This document shows positions 12,801-24,208 of a stretch of DNA of 64,000 bases, in pieces. The translations under genes and the position numbers were made by a program. Every line of letters starts with the position of its first letter. Within the stretch, counting starts at the first letter, position 1. This DNA is from an uncultured delta proteobacterium (GTDB taxonomy: Bacteria > Desulfobacterota > Binatia > Binatales > Binataceae). Where the stretch lies: positions 217,482 to 281,481 of the forward strand of contig CAWHNS010000002.1 in assembly GCA_963830715.1 (NCBI GenBank), read 5' to 3'. The notes under the pieces were generated by a model. It was not told the origin of the DNA. It made no database searches and saw nothing but the letters and a program-made list of their open reading frames with translations.

Positions 12801-13130
12801 GATCATCCGGCAGAGATTTTTGTAGCGCGCGCGATCGGGCACCAGCAGGTAGAGTCGCGCGGGCGCGGCATTCCGATTGCGGGCGAAAGATACGCCGGCG
12901 CATTCGTCCTCCAATGTCAGGTCGGCGCCGACTATTGCCTTGATTCCGGCGCGCACCGCGGCGTGATAGAAGCGCGGCGCTCCGTATAATCCGTCGCGAT
13001 CGCCGAGCGCTAGCGCCGGATAGCCAAGCGCCGCGGCGCGATCGATCAGGTCTTCGGGCGTCGCGGCGCCTTCGAGAAAGCTGAACGCGCTGCGGGCGCG
13101 CAGCTCGACGTAATCACATGGAGTGGTCAT
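9844..13130 (-). CDS. dnaE2: error-prone DNA polymerase III alpha subunit DnaE2/ImuC (two apparent frameshifts near 12495 and 12680)
   Basis: PHP N-terminus (YVELRARSAFSFLEGAATPEDL) in ORF 12423..13130. A middle segment in the third frame (LAGGIFSPVSRMLLRGEDPRPLCDRLRAIFGAGNLFIDIQRHLDPDEERLNRKLNAAAGRR). The remainder is in ORF 9844..12594. The gene follows imuA-imuB. Confidence 0.9.
10555..10625. repeat. REP-like double-hairpin element inserted in-frame in dnaE2
   Basis: Perfect 14-bp-stem hairpin ggctggcggcttgc-gtta-gcaagccgccagcc (10569-10600), followed by a perfect 11-bp-stem hairpin acctctccctg-gt-cagggagaggt (10602-10625). The same ctctccctggtcagggagagg motif recurs at 13307-13328. Confidence 0.75.
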
Positions 13131-13163
13131 GATAGTTGATTAGTCATATGGAATGGCAAGTGG

Positions 13164-14866
13164 CTAATCATAGACTCCGTCAACGAACCATTGTTGAGAT
13201 CGCAGGTCGCAGAACATCCGATAGACGCCGCCGTCGGCCAGCGCGACATCGTAGTAATCGCGGGCGAGGGGAAATACCCTCACCCTCGCTCGCGTCGCTC
13301 GCGCGTCCTCTCCCTGGTCAGGGAGAGGTGTTAAAGAGGCTTCGCGAAGCGATTGAAGGCCCTCTCCCTGACCAGTCGCCCCCGGCGCATAGAGAGGGTG
13401 CGCGCGCATCGCAAGCGCAGGTGAGGGTGCTGCGGCGGTGAGTGAACCATTCGCGGGCGTTTCGGAATCGAGCCACCATTCGCCCTCGCGGCGCCACGGC
13501 CCGGAGATTGAAACCACGCGCGCGCATACGATACGCCCGCGCACGAATTCCGGAATGCCGCCCCGAGAGCACATCACCTCGACTTCATCGGCGGGGCGAA
13601 TCGCGCGAATCACGAGGCGAGTGACGTTGTGAGCGCAGGTTGTGGTGGGAGTAACCGGAGCGGGCGGCGGCGGATTCGAACGCGGCGATTTCGATCGCGT
13701 CGGGGCGCCAGGAATTGACCGGCTTGAGCGCGCCGACGTGATCGGGGCCGCATAGGGCGGCGAGCCGCGCGATCGTGGTCTGCAACCGATCGGGCGCGGG
13801 GCAGGGCGGCAGGAACATGTCGGCCTGCGCGGGACGCATCGCGCGCGGCGCGACCGCGATTCGAATCGCCTCGATCGCGGCGGGCGGCGGCGACGCTTCG
13901 AGGCTCAATACGATCAGCGCGAGCAGCGAGCGGACCTCGATGGTCGGCGCTGCGACCGCAATCCGCCGATCGTTGCTGCCGCCCCCGCCGAGTCCCAAGC
14001 GAGAGCGTGACGTCGCCGGCCGACAGGCCGCGAAGCGCGAGGCGCACGGCCAGCCGCTCGACCATCGGACGCATCACGAAGCAGAGCGGCTCCAGCATCT
14101 CGATTCCGTAATCCAGCTCGATCGTTTCGATAAACAACTCCGAATGCGGCCGTGGGACGAACGGCGAGCGGCCCTCGCCGCGCGCAAGCCGCGCCAGCTC
14201 GACGCCGCGCGCGCCGAGCCGGCTTCCGAGCGCGCGGGCGTCTATCCGCGCAAGTTCGCCGAGCCTGCGAATACCCCATCGCGCCAGGGTGAGCTCGAGG
14301 CCGTCGCGATTGGAGCTGCCGCCGCCATCCAGGTCGAGAACGTCGAGCGGCAACCAGTCGAGGAACTCGCGTTCCTTTTCGGAAGCGATGACTCTTTGGC
14401 CGCCGCATTTCGCGGCAAGATAGGCGGTCTCCTTGCTGGATGCGATTCCGATTGCGGTCTCGATGCCGATTCTCGCCACGCGCCGGGCGAGCTCCGCCGC
14501 CATCGCGTTTTCCGTCCCATGAATCGCGGCGAGCCCGGCGAGATCGAGGTACGCGCATCCCGGGCCGCCGTCCTCGACCATCGGCGAGAACGATTCCGCC
14601 GCGTCCAGTATCGCGTCGCGGGCCGAACATTCGGACGCAGCCGAAGGAGTCTCGACAATCAGATCGGATGAGAGCGCGCGCGCCTGCGCCAGCGTCATCC
14701 CGATGCGCACGCCCGCCGCTCTTGCGCGCGCGGAGACCGCGGTCAGCTCGGCGTGTCCTTCATGGCTGCTGCTCAACGCCACGGATTGGCCGTGCAATTC
14801 GGGCCTGGAGCGGACGGCGGCGGCCAGGGGAAAATCAGCGACCAGGATGCATGCGATACGCGCCAT
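13164..14866 (-). CDS. imuB: Y-family polymerase-like protein ImuB (two apparent frameshifts near 14000 and 13665)
   Basis: The N-terminal UmuC-like domain (MARIACILVADFPLAAA...) is in ORF 13610..14866, the middle in ORF 13585..13998 and the C-terminus (GPWRREGEWW...RDYYDV...WFVDGVYD) in ORF 13164..13613. Located between imuA and dnaE2. Confidence 0.8.
13277..13429. repeat. composite REP-like element (two inverted copies) inserted in-frame in imuB
   Basis: Copy A (13277-13330) is accctcaccctcgctcgcg...cctctccctggtcagggagagg. Copy B, read on the opposite strand from 13429, is caccctcacctgcgcttgcg...tggtcagggagaggg. Same family as 10555-10625. Confidence 0.7.
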
Positions 14867-14883
14867 GGGAGTCGCAGAAACAA

Positions 14884-14922
14884 CCTAACCCCTGACCCCT
14901 TCCCCTGAAGGGGAAGGGGAAA
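14884..14922. repeat. REP-like hairpin, family CCTAACCCC..CCCCTTCCCC-TGAA-GGGGAAGGGG
   Basis: 10-bp perfect stem (14896-14905 with 14910-14919). Near-identical copies lie at 53822-53864 and 46887-46930. Confidence 0.8.
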
Positions 14923-15784
14923 CTTCCTTGATCCAATTGTGTTCAACTGTGTTCATCAGTGGTTTCACTTCCTGAGAATCCACCAGCGCATTCCAGCTTG
15001 CGCGCGCTCCGATACCGCCCAGCTTGTTGCGCGCGACCCGCGTTTCGATCGCGAGGCCGTCGAACAGGGCGGGCGCGCCGGGCGCGGGACGGCTGAAACA
15101 TGCCCGATTGCGGCTGAGCGCCAGGCTGAGCGCGGCGAATGTCCCGCACATCCGGTAATCCGCAAGCACGATCACCGCGGCGCCAGTCCGTTCCGCCAGG
15201 CGCGCCACTCGAAGCGCGGCGCTTTGCGGTATCCCGCGCGCGTAGGTGGCGAAATCGATAACCACCAGGCCGAAGCCGCCTGCCTCGAGGATCAACTCGG
15301 TCGCGCGCAGGAGTTTTTTGACGAAGGGCTTGCGCGCGAAATCGATCGGCGGTCGCGGCGTGCCGCTTTCCATAAAGGGAGCAATCGTGCCGCCGGGCAA
15401 TGAGGTCCACAGCACGCGCGCGAGGTCGGCGCCTGTCGCCGCGATAGTCGCGGGGTCGCAGGCTCCCAGCGGATCAATCCATGCCGCAGTCTCGCCACGC
15501 CGGGTCGCTGACGCGACGAAACAGGCTGCCAGCGAAGTCTTGCCGGCGCTCGTTCCGCCGACAATTTCGCTGATTCTGCCACGTACAATTCCACCGCCTA
15601 GCAGGTTATCGATCAGGGTCAAGCCGGAGCTTAGGCGGCGCTCCTTGCGGGTGAGCTCCCGACCGGTAAAAACCCCTGCAAATTCAAGCGTTTTGACCCT
15701 TTCGAGGGATCCAGATTGGATGGCTGAATCAGTTTGAGGAAGTTCGATCCGAGCGATAGATGGAGAAGCAGCCACGAAGGCCAC
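14885..15784 (-). CDS. imuA: RecA-like protein ImuA (SOS mutagenesis cassette)
   Basis: RecA/SulA-like P-loop region (ISEIVGGTSAGKTSLAACFVA) and position upstream of imuB-dnaE2. GTG start at 15784. The last 25 codons (KPLMNTVEHNWIKEVSPSPSGEGVRG) are read through two REP elements. Confidence 0.75.
   Translation of the reverse strand: MAFVAASPSIARIELPQTDSAIQSGSLERVKTLEFAGVFTGRELTRKERRLSSGLTLIDNLLGGGIVRGRISEIVGGTSAGKTSLAACFVASATRRGETAAWIDPLGACDPATIAATGADLARVLWTSLPGGTIAPFMESGTPRPPIDFARKPFVKKLLRATELILEAGGFGLVVIDFATYARGIPQSAALRVARLAERTGAAVIVLADYRMCGTFAALSLALSRNRACFSRPAPGAPALFDGLAIETRVARNKLGGIGARASWNALVDSQEVKPLMNTVEHNWIKEVSPSPSGEGVRG
14949..14966. repeat. REP-like element, family gtgttcatcggtggtt (single copy)
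   Basis: gtgttcatcagtggtttc differs by one base from the arm at 1857-1873. Confidence 0.6.
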
Positions 15785-15970
15785 TTTCGCTCTTTTTTCG
15801 TTTTATGTCAAATTGATAAAGGGACCCTCACCCGCGTCGCGCGGAAAGACACTAAGGTTGCAGATCAATCTATCGCGCGGCGCTACGCGCACCGCTCGCA
15901 ACGAGCCCTCTCCCGCGTTTTCGCGGGCGAGAGATTTTAGGAGCTTCGCCGCATTCAGAAGTGCATCACA

Positions 15971-17110
15971 CTAACTCAGCGATAGATCCTCGTAGATCGC
16001 GTCCAATGCGGTCTGCATGCGGGCGTCGTGCTGCGGCGGATTTGCTTCGAGCATGCCGTTGAAGACCAGCGCCACCGCCAGTTGATGCTCGGGGTCGGCG
16101 AACCCTACTGAACATACATAGCCGGCGTGGCCGAATGTGCGCGGAGAGCATCGATTTCCGTACCATGCCGAGGCGCTCCCGTATTGCTTCGAATCGACGA
16201 CCACGCCAAGACCGCGATCGAGACGCGTCTTGAACGTCCGATCGAGTATCCCGACCGTGTGGCGCGCCGCTATCGCCTCGACGGTCTGCGGCGTCACGAT
16301 GCGGCGGCCGCGACGCTCGCCGCCATTCAGCAACGCCTCGTAGAGGTATCCGAGTTCGCGAATCGGACCCCATCCGCTGCCACCGGGCCGGCAGAGTGCG
16401 CAGGCCAGGTCCGATCCCGCCCAGAATGGATATGGGTGAATCTTCGGCGGCCCATCGCCGGAGCTCGCGTGCATCGGGGCGATCCGATCGCCGTACTCGT
16501 GATGCCGCTCCGGCGGCATCCCGATCCACGAGTCGATCATCCCGAGCGGCTCGAAGATCTCCTCGCGCACGTAGCGGCTGTACGATCGTCCGTCGAGCCG
16601 CCGGACAATCTCCGCGAGCACGTACCATCCGGAGGCGACGTGATAACCGGCCTCGCGGCCGGGGACCCATCCCAGTTCGAGCGGCGCTGCGCAGATCTCG
16701 GCGATGATCTCATTCCACGGGACGCCGCTCCAGTTGCGCGCGACGCTCGGAAACCCTCCGGTGTGCGTCAGCACGTGCCGGATGGTGACCGTATGCTTGC
16801 CGTTGGCTCCGAACTCCGCGATGTGCTTGCAGACGGGATCGTCGAGCGCTAGCCGGCCGCTCTCCCACATCTGGCCAATCGCGAGCGCGGTCACCGGCTT
16901 GACCGACGACATCCAGAGAGTGAGGCTGTCACGCGTGAGCGGAATACCGCGGCGCGCTTCGCCGATACCGAGGTCGGCAATCCGGCGCCCGTCGCGAGAT
17001 ACGTAGAGTTGCGCGCCGATATGGAGATTGTCGGCGATTCCACGCTCGATCGCGGCCAGCGTGCGCGGCAGGGTCTTTCGGCTTTCGGTCATCGGATCCA
17101 TCGGGATCAT
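15971..17110 (-). CDS. serine hydrolase, class C beta-lactamase / PBP4-like family
   Basis: S-x-x-K motif (MSSVKPVTA) and general similarity to the beta-lactamase-related esterase family (HVLTHTGGF, GHAGY). Confidence 0.8.
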   Translation of the reverse strand: MIPMDPMTESRKTLPRTLAAIERGIADNLHIGAQLYVSRDGRRIADLGIGEARRGIPLTRDSLTLWMSSVKPVTALAIGQMWESGRLALDDPVCKHIAEFGANGKHTVTIRHVLTHTGGFPSVARNWSGVPWNEIIAEICAAPLELGWVPGREAGYHVASGWYVLAEIVRRLDGRSYSRYVREEIFEPLGMIDSWIGMPPERHHEYGDRIAPMHASSGDGPPKIHPYPFWAGSDLACALCRPGGSGWGPIRELGYLYEALLNGGERRGRRIVTPQTVEAIAARHTVGILDRTFKTRLDRGLGVVVDSKQYGSASAWYGNRCSPRTFGHAGYVCSVGFADPEHQLAVALVFNGMLEANPPQHDARMQTALDAIYEDLSLS

Positions 17111-17211
17111 GTATCAACTCGCGATTGGAATTTGAACGGCGGGCGCCGATGGCTCGCGGCTCTTTGTGGCGTGACGGTCTTTATGGTGAACTTGTCGGAG
17201 AGGAGAGAACG

Positions 17212-17722
17212 ATGGACGTGATGGAGGCAATTCTGAAGCGGCGCGTGCAGCGGGCGTTCGCGAAGAAGCCGGTTGAGCTGAAGGCGCTTGGACAGATAAT
17301 CGAGGCCGCGGCATGCGATGAGCGCGCGCAACATGCAGCCGTGGCAATTTATCGTGATTCGCGATTCCGACACGCTGCGCGAGCTCGGCGCGCTCAGCTC
17401 GACCGGCAGGTTCGTCGCCGACGCGCCAGCGGCGATCGTGGTGCTCAAGGATCGCAACAACACGCGATGGGCCGATATCGATTGCGCGCATGCGGTGCAG
17501 AACATGGCCAACGCCGGATGGGCGCTGGGGCTCGGCACCTGCTGGGTGGGAAATCTCGACCGCGACAAAATCGCGGCGCTGCTCAAATTGCCGGAGGAAT
17601 GGCAGCTCCTTACGATCCTGCCGTTTGGCTACGCTGACCCGGCCAATCCGCCGCAGCCCCGTCCGCTCAAGAAGCGCGCCGAGATGATACATTACGAGCA
17701 ATACGGGAACCGCAAACCATAA
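17212..17722 (+). CDS. nitroreductase family protein (apparent +1 frameshift near 17307)
   Basis: GGAGAGGAG lies upstream of the ATG at 17212. The N-terminus (MDVMEAILKRRVQRAFAKKPVELKALGQIIEAA) is in one frame. The remainder (HAMSARNMQPWQFIVIRD... through GTCWVG) is in ORF 17318..17722. Confidence 0.8.
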
Positions 17723-17769
17723 TGAGCCCTGCGCGTGGTTTTTGATAAAACCCAAGCGAGGTACGAACC

Positions 17770-18210
17770 ATGCCGATAATTCAAGTCGAGCCGCCCAAGG
17801 CGCACGAAATTCTCAAAGCGAATCCGGACGCGGTTTACGTCGACGTCAGGACCGAGGATGAGTTCGCGAACGGCCATCCCGAGTGCGCGATCAATCTGCC
17901 GGTAGTGTTCTTCAAAGGCCCCGGCCAGATCGAGGTCAACGCCGAGTTCCTGCTGGTCGCCGAGAAGATCCTGCCCCGGAACAAGAAGCTGGTGGTGGGA
18001 TGCATGGCGGGAGGGCGCTCGCAGCGAGCGTGCGAGATGCTCGAGCAGGTCGGCTATACCGATCTGACCAACGTGCGCGGCGGCTTCGGCGGCGCGCGCA
18101 ATCCGGCGGGGCAACTGCTGGTCAAAGGATGGCGCGACGAAGGCTTGCCGGTCTCAAGCGAGGTGCGCGACAACGCGTATCTGCATCTGCGTAAGAAGGC
18201 GGGACTGTAA
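17770..18210 (+). CDS. rhodanese-domain sulfurtransferase
   Basis: Single rhodanese fold with the active-site loop VVGCMAGGRSQRA (C-x4-R-S type). Confidence 0.8.
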   Translation: MPIIQVEPPKAHEILKANPDAVYVDVRTEDEFANGHPECAINLPVVFFKGPGQIEVNAEFLLVAEKILPRNKKLVVGCMAGGRSQRACEMLEQVGYTDLTNVRGGFGGARNPAGQLLVKGWRDEGLPVSSEVRDNAYLHLRKKAGL

Positions 18211-18211
18211 G

Positions 18212-18853
18212 GTGGCAATCCGGCTCACGAAGATCTACACGCGCACCGGCGACAAGGGACTGACGGCGCTGGTCGGCGGCGCGCGGGTACCGAAGGAAAG
18301 CGGGCGACTCGAGGCCTACGGCACGATCGACGAACTGAACGCGATCGTCGGGATCGTGCGCACGCTGTTGCCGGAGTATGCGAAGCGTCTCGAGGTCGAT
18401 CACAGTTGGTACTCCGGGATGCTGCGGCGCATCCAGAACGAGTTGTTCGACGTGGGCAGCGAACTCGCCACTCCCCCAGGCGCCGAATACGAGGGGATGC
18501 ACCGAATGGGCGAGGCGGAAGTCCGGCAGCTCGAACAGGAGATCGACCGGATGAACGCCGCGCTCGAACCGCTCAACTCGTTCACGCTGCCCGGCGGCGG
18601 CAAGCTCAACGCGTTCCTCCATCAGGCGCGCACGGTATGCCGGCGGGCGGAGCGGGTTTGCTGGGCGCTCACGCGCCAAGAGCCGCTCAACGATCAGTTG
18701 CTGATCTATGTCAATCGCCTCAGCGACCATCTGTTCGTGCAATCGCGATGGGTCGCCAAGCGGTTGGACGAGCCGGAGTTTCTGTGGGATCGGGGACTGC
18801 GATTGGATCCGAAGGCGGCGCGCTCTGCGAGGCGAAAGTCAGGTAGCGGATAG
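18212..18853 (+). CDS. PduO-type ATP:cob(I)alamin adenosyltransferase
   Basis: The signature N-terminus IYTRTGDKGLT...RLEAYGTIDELNA and the C-terminal NRLSDHLF are both present. Confidence 0.85.
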   Translation: MAIRLTKIYTRTGDKGLTALVGGARVPKESGRLEAYGTIDELNAIVGIVRTLLPEYAKRLEVDHSWYSGMLRRIQNELFDVGSELATPPGAEYEGMHRMGEAEVRQLEQEIDRMNAALEPLNSFTLPGGGKLNAFLHQARTVCRRAERVCWALTRQEPLNDQLLIYVNRLSDHLFVQSRWVAKRLDEPEFLWDRGLRLDPKAARSARRKSGSG

Positions 18854-18870
18854 TAATCCTCCAGGCGGGA

Positions 18871-19572
18871 GTGTCCCAGATGGCGAAGGAAGATCAGATT
18901 TATCTGCGCCAACTCGAGATTGGCCCGATGGCCAATTACGTTTACCTGATTGGCGACCGCACGACTCGGAAGCTCGCCGTCGTCGATCCCGCGTGGGACG
19001 TCGGCGCGATCTGCGACCTCGCCGAACGCGAGGGCTACGAAATCGACAAGATCCTCATCACGCACTACCATCCGGACCATCTCGGCGGGCGAATGATGGG
19101 ACGATCGATCCAGGGCGCGGCCGACATGCTCGCGCGGGTCAAGGCCAAGGTTTACATCAATCGCAACGAGGCCTCGGGGGCCAAACAGGTGGCGGGACTG
19201 TCCGACTCGGACATGGTCGTGACCGATGCCGGCGACAGCATCAAGGTCGGGAATCTGGAGATCAAGTTCCTTCACACGCCCGGCCATACGCCGGGATCGC
19301 AATGCTTCCTGGTCAACGGCAACCTGATTTCCGGCGATACGCTGTTCGTCGATTCATGCGGGCGAATCGATCTCCCGGGTTCCGATCCTGAACAGATGTA
19401 CTACAGCCTCAATCAGACGCTCCGGAACCTCGAGGACTCGACCGTAGTGTATCCGGGGCATGCGTACGCGCCGCAGCCGAGCACCACGATCGGCGAGCAA
19501 AAGCGCCGCAACATGTACATGAGGTTCGAGAGCCTGGACGATTTCCTCGAAGCGATGGGCTACGGGAGGTAG
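18871..19572 (+). CDS. MBL-fold metallo-hydrolase (glyoxalase II-like)
   Basis: ITHYHPDHLGG (HxHxDH) and downstream HTPGHTPGS and GDTLF motifs. Confidence 0.8.
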   Translation: MSQMAKEDQIYLRQLEIGPMANYVYLIGDRTTRKLAVVDPAWDVGAICDLAEREGYEIDKILITHYHPDHLGGRMMGRSIQGAADMLARVKAKVYINRNEASGAKQVAGLSDSDMVVTDAGDSIKVGNLEIKFLHTPGHTPGSQCFLVNGNLISGDTLFVDSCGRIDLPGSDPEQMYYSLNQTLRNLEDSTVVYPGHAYAPQPSTTIGEQKRRNMYMRFESLDDFLEAMGYGR

Positions 19573-19630
19573 GCGATCGATTCCGGTCTGAAGCCCTCGC
19601 CAGTTGGTGAAACGTGCGCAACAGGGGAAT

Positions 19631-19789
19631 GCGACTTCCGGTGGCATGAGATTCCTCGCTTCGAAGACTCCGCTCGGAATGACAACTGCACAAACGCGCG
19701 AAAGGCAGCGAACGCGCGACAAATGGCGAGACGCACGAAATTGATGTCATTCCGAGCGAAGCGAGGAATCTCATGCCACCGGAAGTCGC
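19631..19789. repeat. REP-like inverted repeat pair (family tgtcattccgagcgaagcgaggaatctcatgccaccggaagtcgc)
   Basis: The left arm (19631-19684) is the reverse complement of the right arm (19745-19789) apart from a 7-nt insertion (aagactc). It lies in the intergenic region between the MBL gene and ligA. Confidence 0.75.
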
Positions 19790-19834
19790 AGTTGCCAGTT
19801 GCGCATGGCTTCCCATGGCAGTGAGAGGGCCTGA

Positions 19835-21872
<2,038 letters not shown>

Positions 21873-21877
21873 TCCCG

Positions 21878-22165
21878 ATGCCCGATGCGGACGATTACGC
21901 CCGGCTCCATCTATGGGTGAGCGGGCGCGTGCAGGGTGTGTTCTTCCGGGGCGCGACCGCCGACGAGGCGCGACTGCTCGCGCTCACCGGATGGGTCCGC
22001 AACCTTGTGGATGGGCGGGTCGAAATCCTCGCCGAGGGCCGGCGGTCGTCGCTCAAGGCGATGGCCGCGTGGGCTCACGACGGCCCGCCATCGGCCCGCG
22101 TCACGCAGGTCGAGGAGGAGTGGTCACAGGCGCGAAACGAATTCAGAGACTTCCGGGTGCGCTGA
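21878..22165 (+). CDS. acyP: acylphosphatase
   Basis: VSGRVQGVFFRGAT...GWVRNLVDGRVE is the acylphosphatase signature, and the 95-aa size fits. Confidence 0.85.
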   Translation: MPDADDYARLHLWVSGRVQGVFFRGATADEARLLALTGWVRNLVDGRVEILAEGRRSSLKAMAAWAHDGPPSARVTQVEEEWSQARNEFRDFRVR

Positions 22166-22293
22166 TCGGCGCCCTTCCACGCTTTCTGAGCATTAGCTAT
22201 AGTTAATCCTGGCTTCTCGAGTATTTGCCTTCCTTTGCGAAACGATGGGCCTTTAACGCTGGCGTTCGTCAACTTCAAGGAGATCACAAGGAG

Positions 22294-24204
22294 ATGGCTG
22301 TACCATCTGAGGCGGCGGGGCAAGTCGCCGGTTCCCACAAGCTCGACGACGGCGCGAATGGCGCGCACGCGCCCAAGCCGTCGGAGCAGCGCGATCACGT
22401 CGTAATACGGTTCGCGGGGGACTCCGGCGACGGGATGCAGTTGGCGGGGATGCAGTTCACGACCGAATCCGCGCTGGCAGGTAACGACATCGCAACACTG
22501 CCGGACTTTCCGGCGGAAATCCGCGCGCCGGCGGGAACCCTGGCCGGCGTCAGCGGCTTTCAACTGAACTTTTCCAGTTACGAGGTCTTTACCCCCGGCG
22601 ACGAGCCCGACGTGCTGGTCGCGATGAATCCCGCGGCGCTGGCGGTCAACCTGGAAGACTTGAGTCCTAACGGCGTGCTGATCATCGACAAAGACGCTTT
22701 CACCGATGCCAACCTCAAGCGCGCCGGCTATGCCTCGAATCCGCTCAATGACCATTCGCTCGACAAGTTCCAGGTCTTCGAGGTCGAGATCACCAAGCTC
22801 ACCCAGCTCGCTCTGCACGACCTCGGGCTCAACAACCGCGCGGTCTTCCGATGCCGCAACTTCTTTACGCTGGGCATGCTGTCGTGGATCTTTCAGCGGC
22901 CGATCGAAAGTACCGTGGCGTGGATCGAGAGCCGGTTCAAGAAGACGCCGGACCTGCTGCAGGCGAACCTGCGGGCCTTCAAGGCCGGTTACAACTTCGG
23001 TGAGACCACCGAGATGTTCGCCAGTTCGTACCAGGTCGGCGCGGCGAAGATCGCTCCCGGACTGTACCGCAACATTACCGGCAACAGCGCGACCGCGCTC
23101 GGCTTCGTGGCCGCGGCGAGCAAGGCGGGGCGCCCGCTGTTCCTCGGCTCCTACCCGATCACGCCTGCCAGCGACGTACTTCACGAGCTCGCCGGCTACA
23201 AGAATTTTCCCGTCTACACGTTCCAGGCCGAGGATGAGATCGCGGGCGTCGGCGCGGCGATCGGCGCAGCGTTCGGCGGCGCGATCGGAATCACCACGAC
23301 TTCCGGCCCCGGGATGAACCTCAAGGCCGAGGCGATTGGACTGGCAGTCAAAGTCGAACTGCCGCTGGTGATCACGGATATCCAGCGCGCCGGACCTTCC
23401 ACCGGGATGCCTACCAAGCCGGAGCAGGCCGACCTGCTGATGGCGATGTATGGACGGCACGGTGAATCGCCGATCCCTATTATCGCGGCGTCGACGCCCT
23501 CCGATTGCTTCGAGTGCGCTTACGAAGCCGTCAGGCTCGCCGTGACCTACATGACCCCGGTCATCCTGCTCACCGACGGCCAACTCGCCAGCGGCGCCGA
23601 ACCGTGGTTGCTCCCCGATCCCGACAAGCTCCCACCGATCAAGGTCGAGTTCCGCACCGATCCCAACGGCTTCATGCCTTACGCGCGCGATGCGGAAACG
23701 CTTGCGCGTCCGTGGGCGATTCCCGGCACGCCCGGACTCGAACATCGGATCGGCGGATTGTCCAGCGAGAACCTGACCGGCAACGTCAGCTACTCGCCCG
23801 CCAACAACGAGATGATGGTGCGGCTGCGGGCCCGCAAGGTCGCGGGAATCGCCCGCCAAATCCCGCCGACCGTAATCTTCGGCGACGAGAAGGGCGGCGA
23901 CCTGGTGGTGCTCGGATGGGGCTCGACGTTCGGCTCGATCCGCGAAGCGGTGAAGCAGGTGCGCGCGAAAGGCAAGAGGGTCTCGCACCTTCATCTGCGT
24001 TATCTCAATCCGCTGCCGCCGGACCTGGGCGACATCCTGCGGCGGTTCAAGAAGGTGATGGTGGCGGAGATGAACATGGGGCAGTTGCTGAAGATGGTCC
24101 GCGCCGAGTTTCTGATCGACGCAGTCGGCTGCAACAAGATTCAGGGCCGTCCTTTCAAGGTCAGCGAACTTACCGGCCGCATCGGGCGCGCCCTGGAGGG
24201 CTGA
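22294..24204 (+). CDS. korA: 2-oxoacid:ferredoxin oxidoreductase, alpha subunit (fused gamma-alpha type)
   Basis: IRFAGDSGDGMQLAG, then SYPITPASD and TTTSGPGMNLK motifs. AAGGAG lies upstream of the ATG at 22294, so the ORF-track start at 22225 is probably too early. Confidence 0.85.
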   Translation: MAVPSEAAGQVAGSHKLDDGANGAHAPKPSEQRDHVVIRFAGDSGDGMQLAGMQFTTESALAGNDIATLPDFPAEIRAPAGTLAGVSGFQLNFSSYEVFTPGDEPDVLVAMNPAALAVNLEDLSPNGVLIIDKDAFTDANLKRAGYASNPLNDHSLDKFQVFEVEITKLTQLALHDLGLNNRAVFRCRNFFTLGMLSWIFQRPIESTVAWIESRFKKTPDLLQANLRAFKAGYNFGETTEMFASSYQVGAAKIAPGLYRNITGNSATALGFVAAASKAGRPLFLGSYPITPASDVLHELAGYKNFPVYTFQAEDEIAGVGAAIGAAFGGAIGITTTSGPGMNLKAEAIGLAVKVELPLVITDIQRAGPSTGMPTKPEQADLLMAMYGRHGESPIPIIAASTPSDCFECAYEAVRLAVTYMTPVILLTDGQLASGAEPWLLPDPDKLPPIKVEFRTDPNGFMPYARDAETLARPWAIPGTPGLEHRIGGLSSENLTGNVSYSPANNEMMVRLRARKVAGIARQIPPTVIFGDEKGGDLVVLGWGSTFGSIREAVKQVRAKGKRVSHLHLRYLNPLPPDLGDILRRFKKVMVAEMNMGQLLKMVRAEFLIDAVGCNKIQGRPFKVSELTGRIGRALEG

Positions 24205-24208
24205 AGAA

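Noticed and set aside
15785-15970. A LexA/SOS box upstream of imuA
   Set aside because: No match to the LexA consensus variants I know. The only short palindrome (tcaa-a-ttga) has 4-bp arms and is not convincing.
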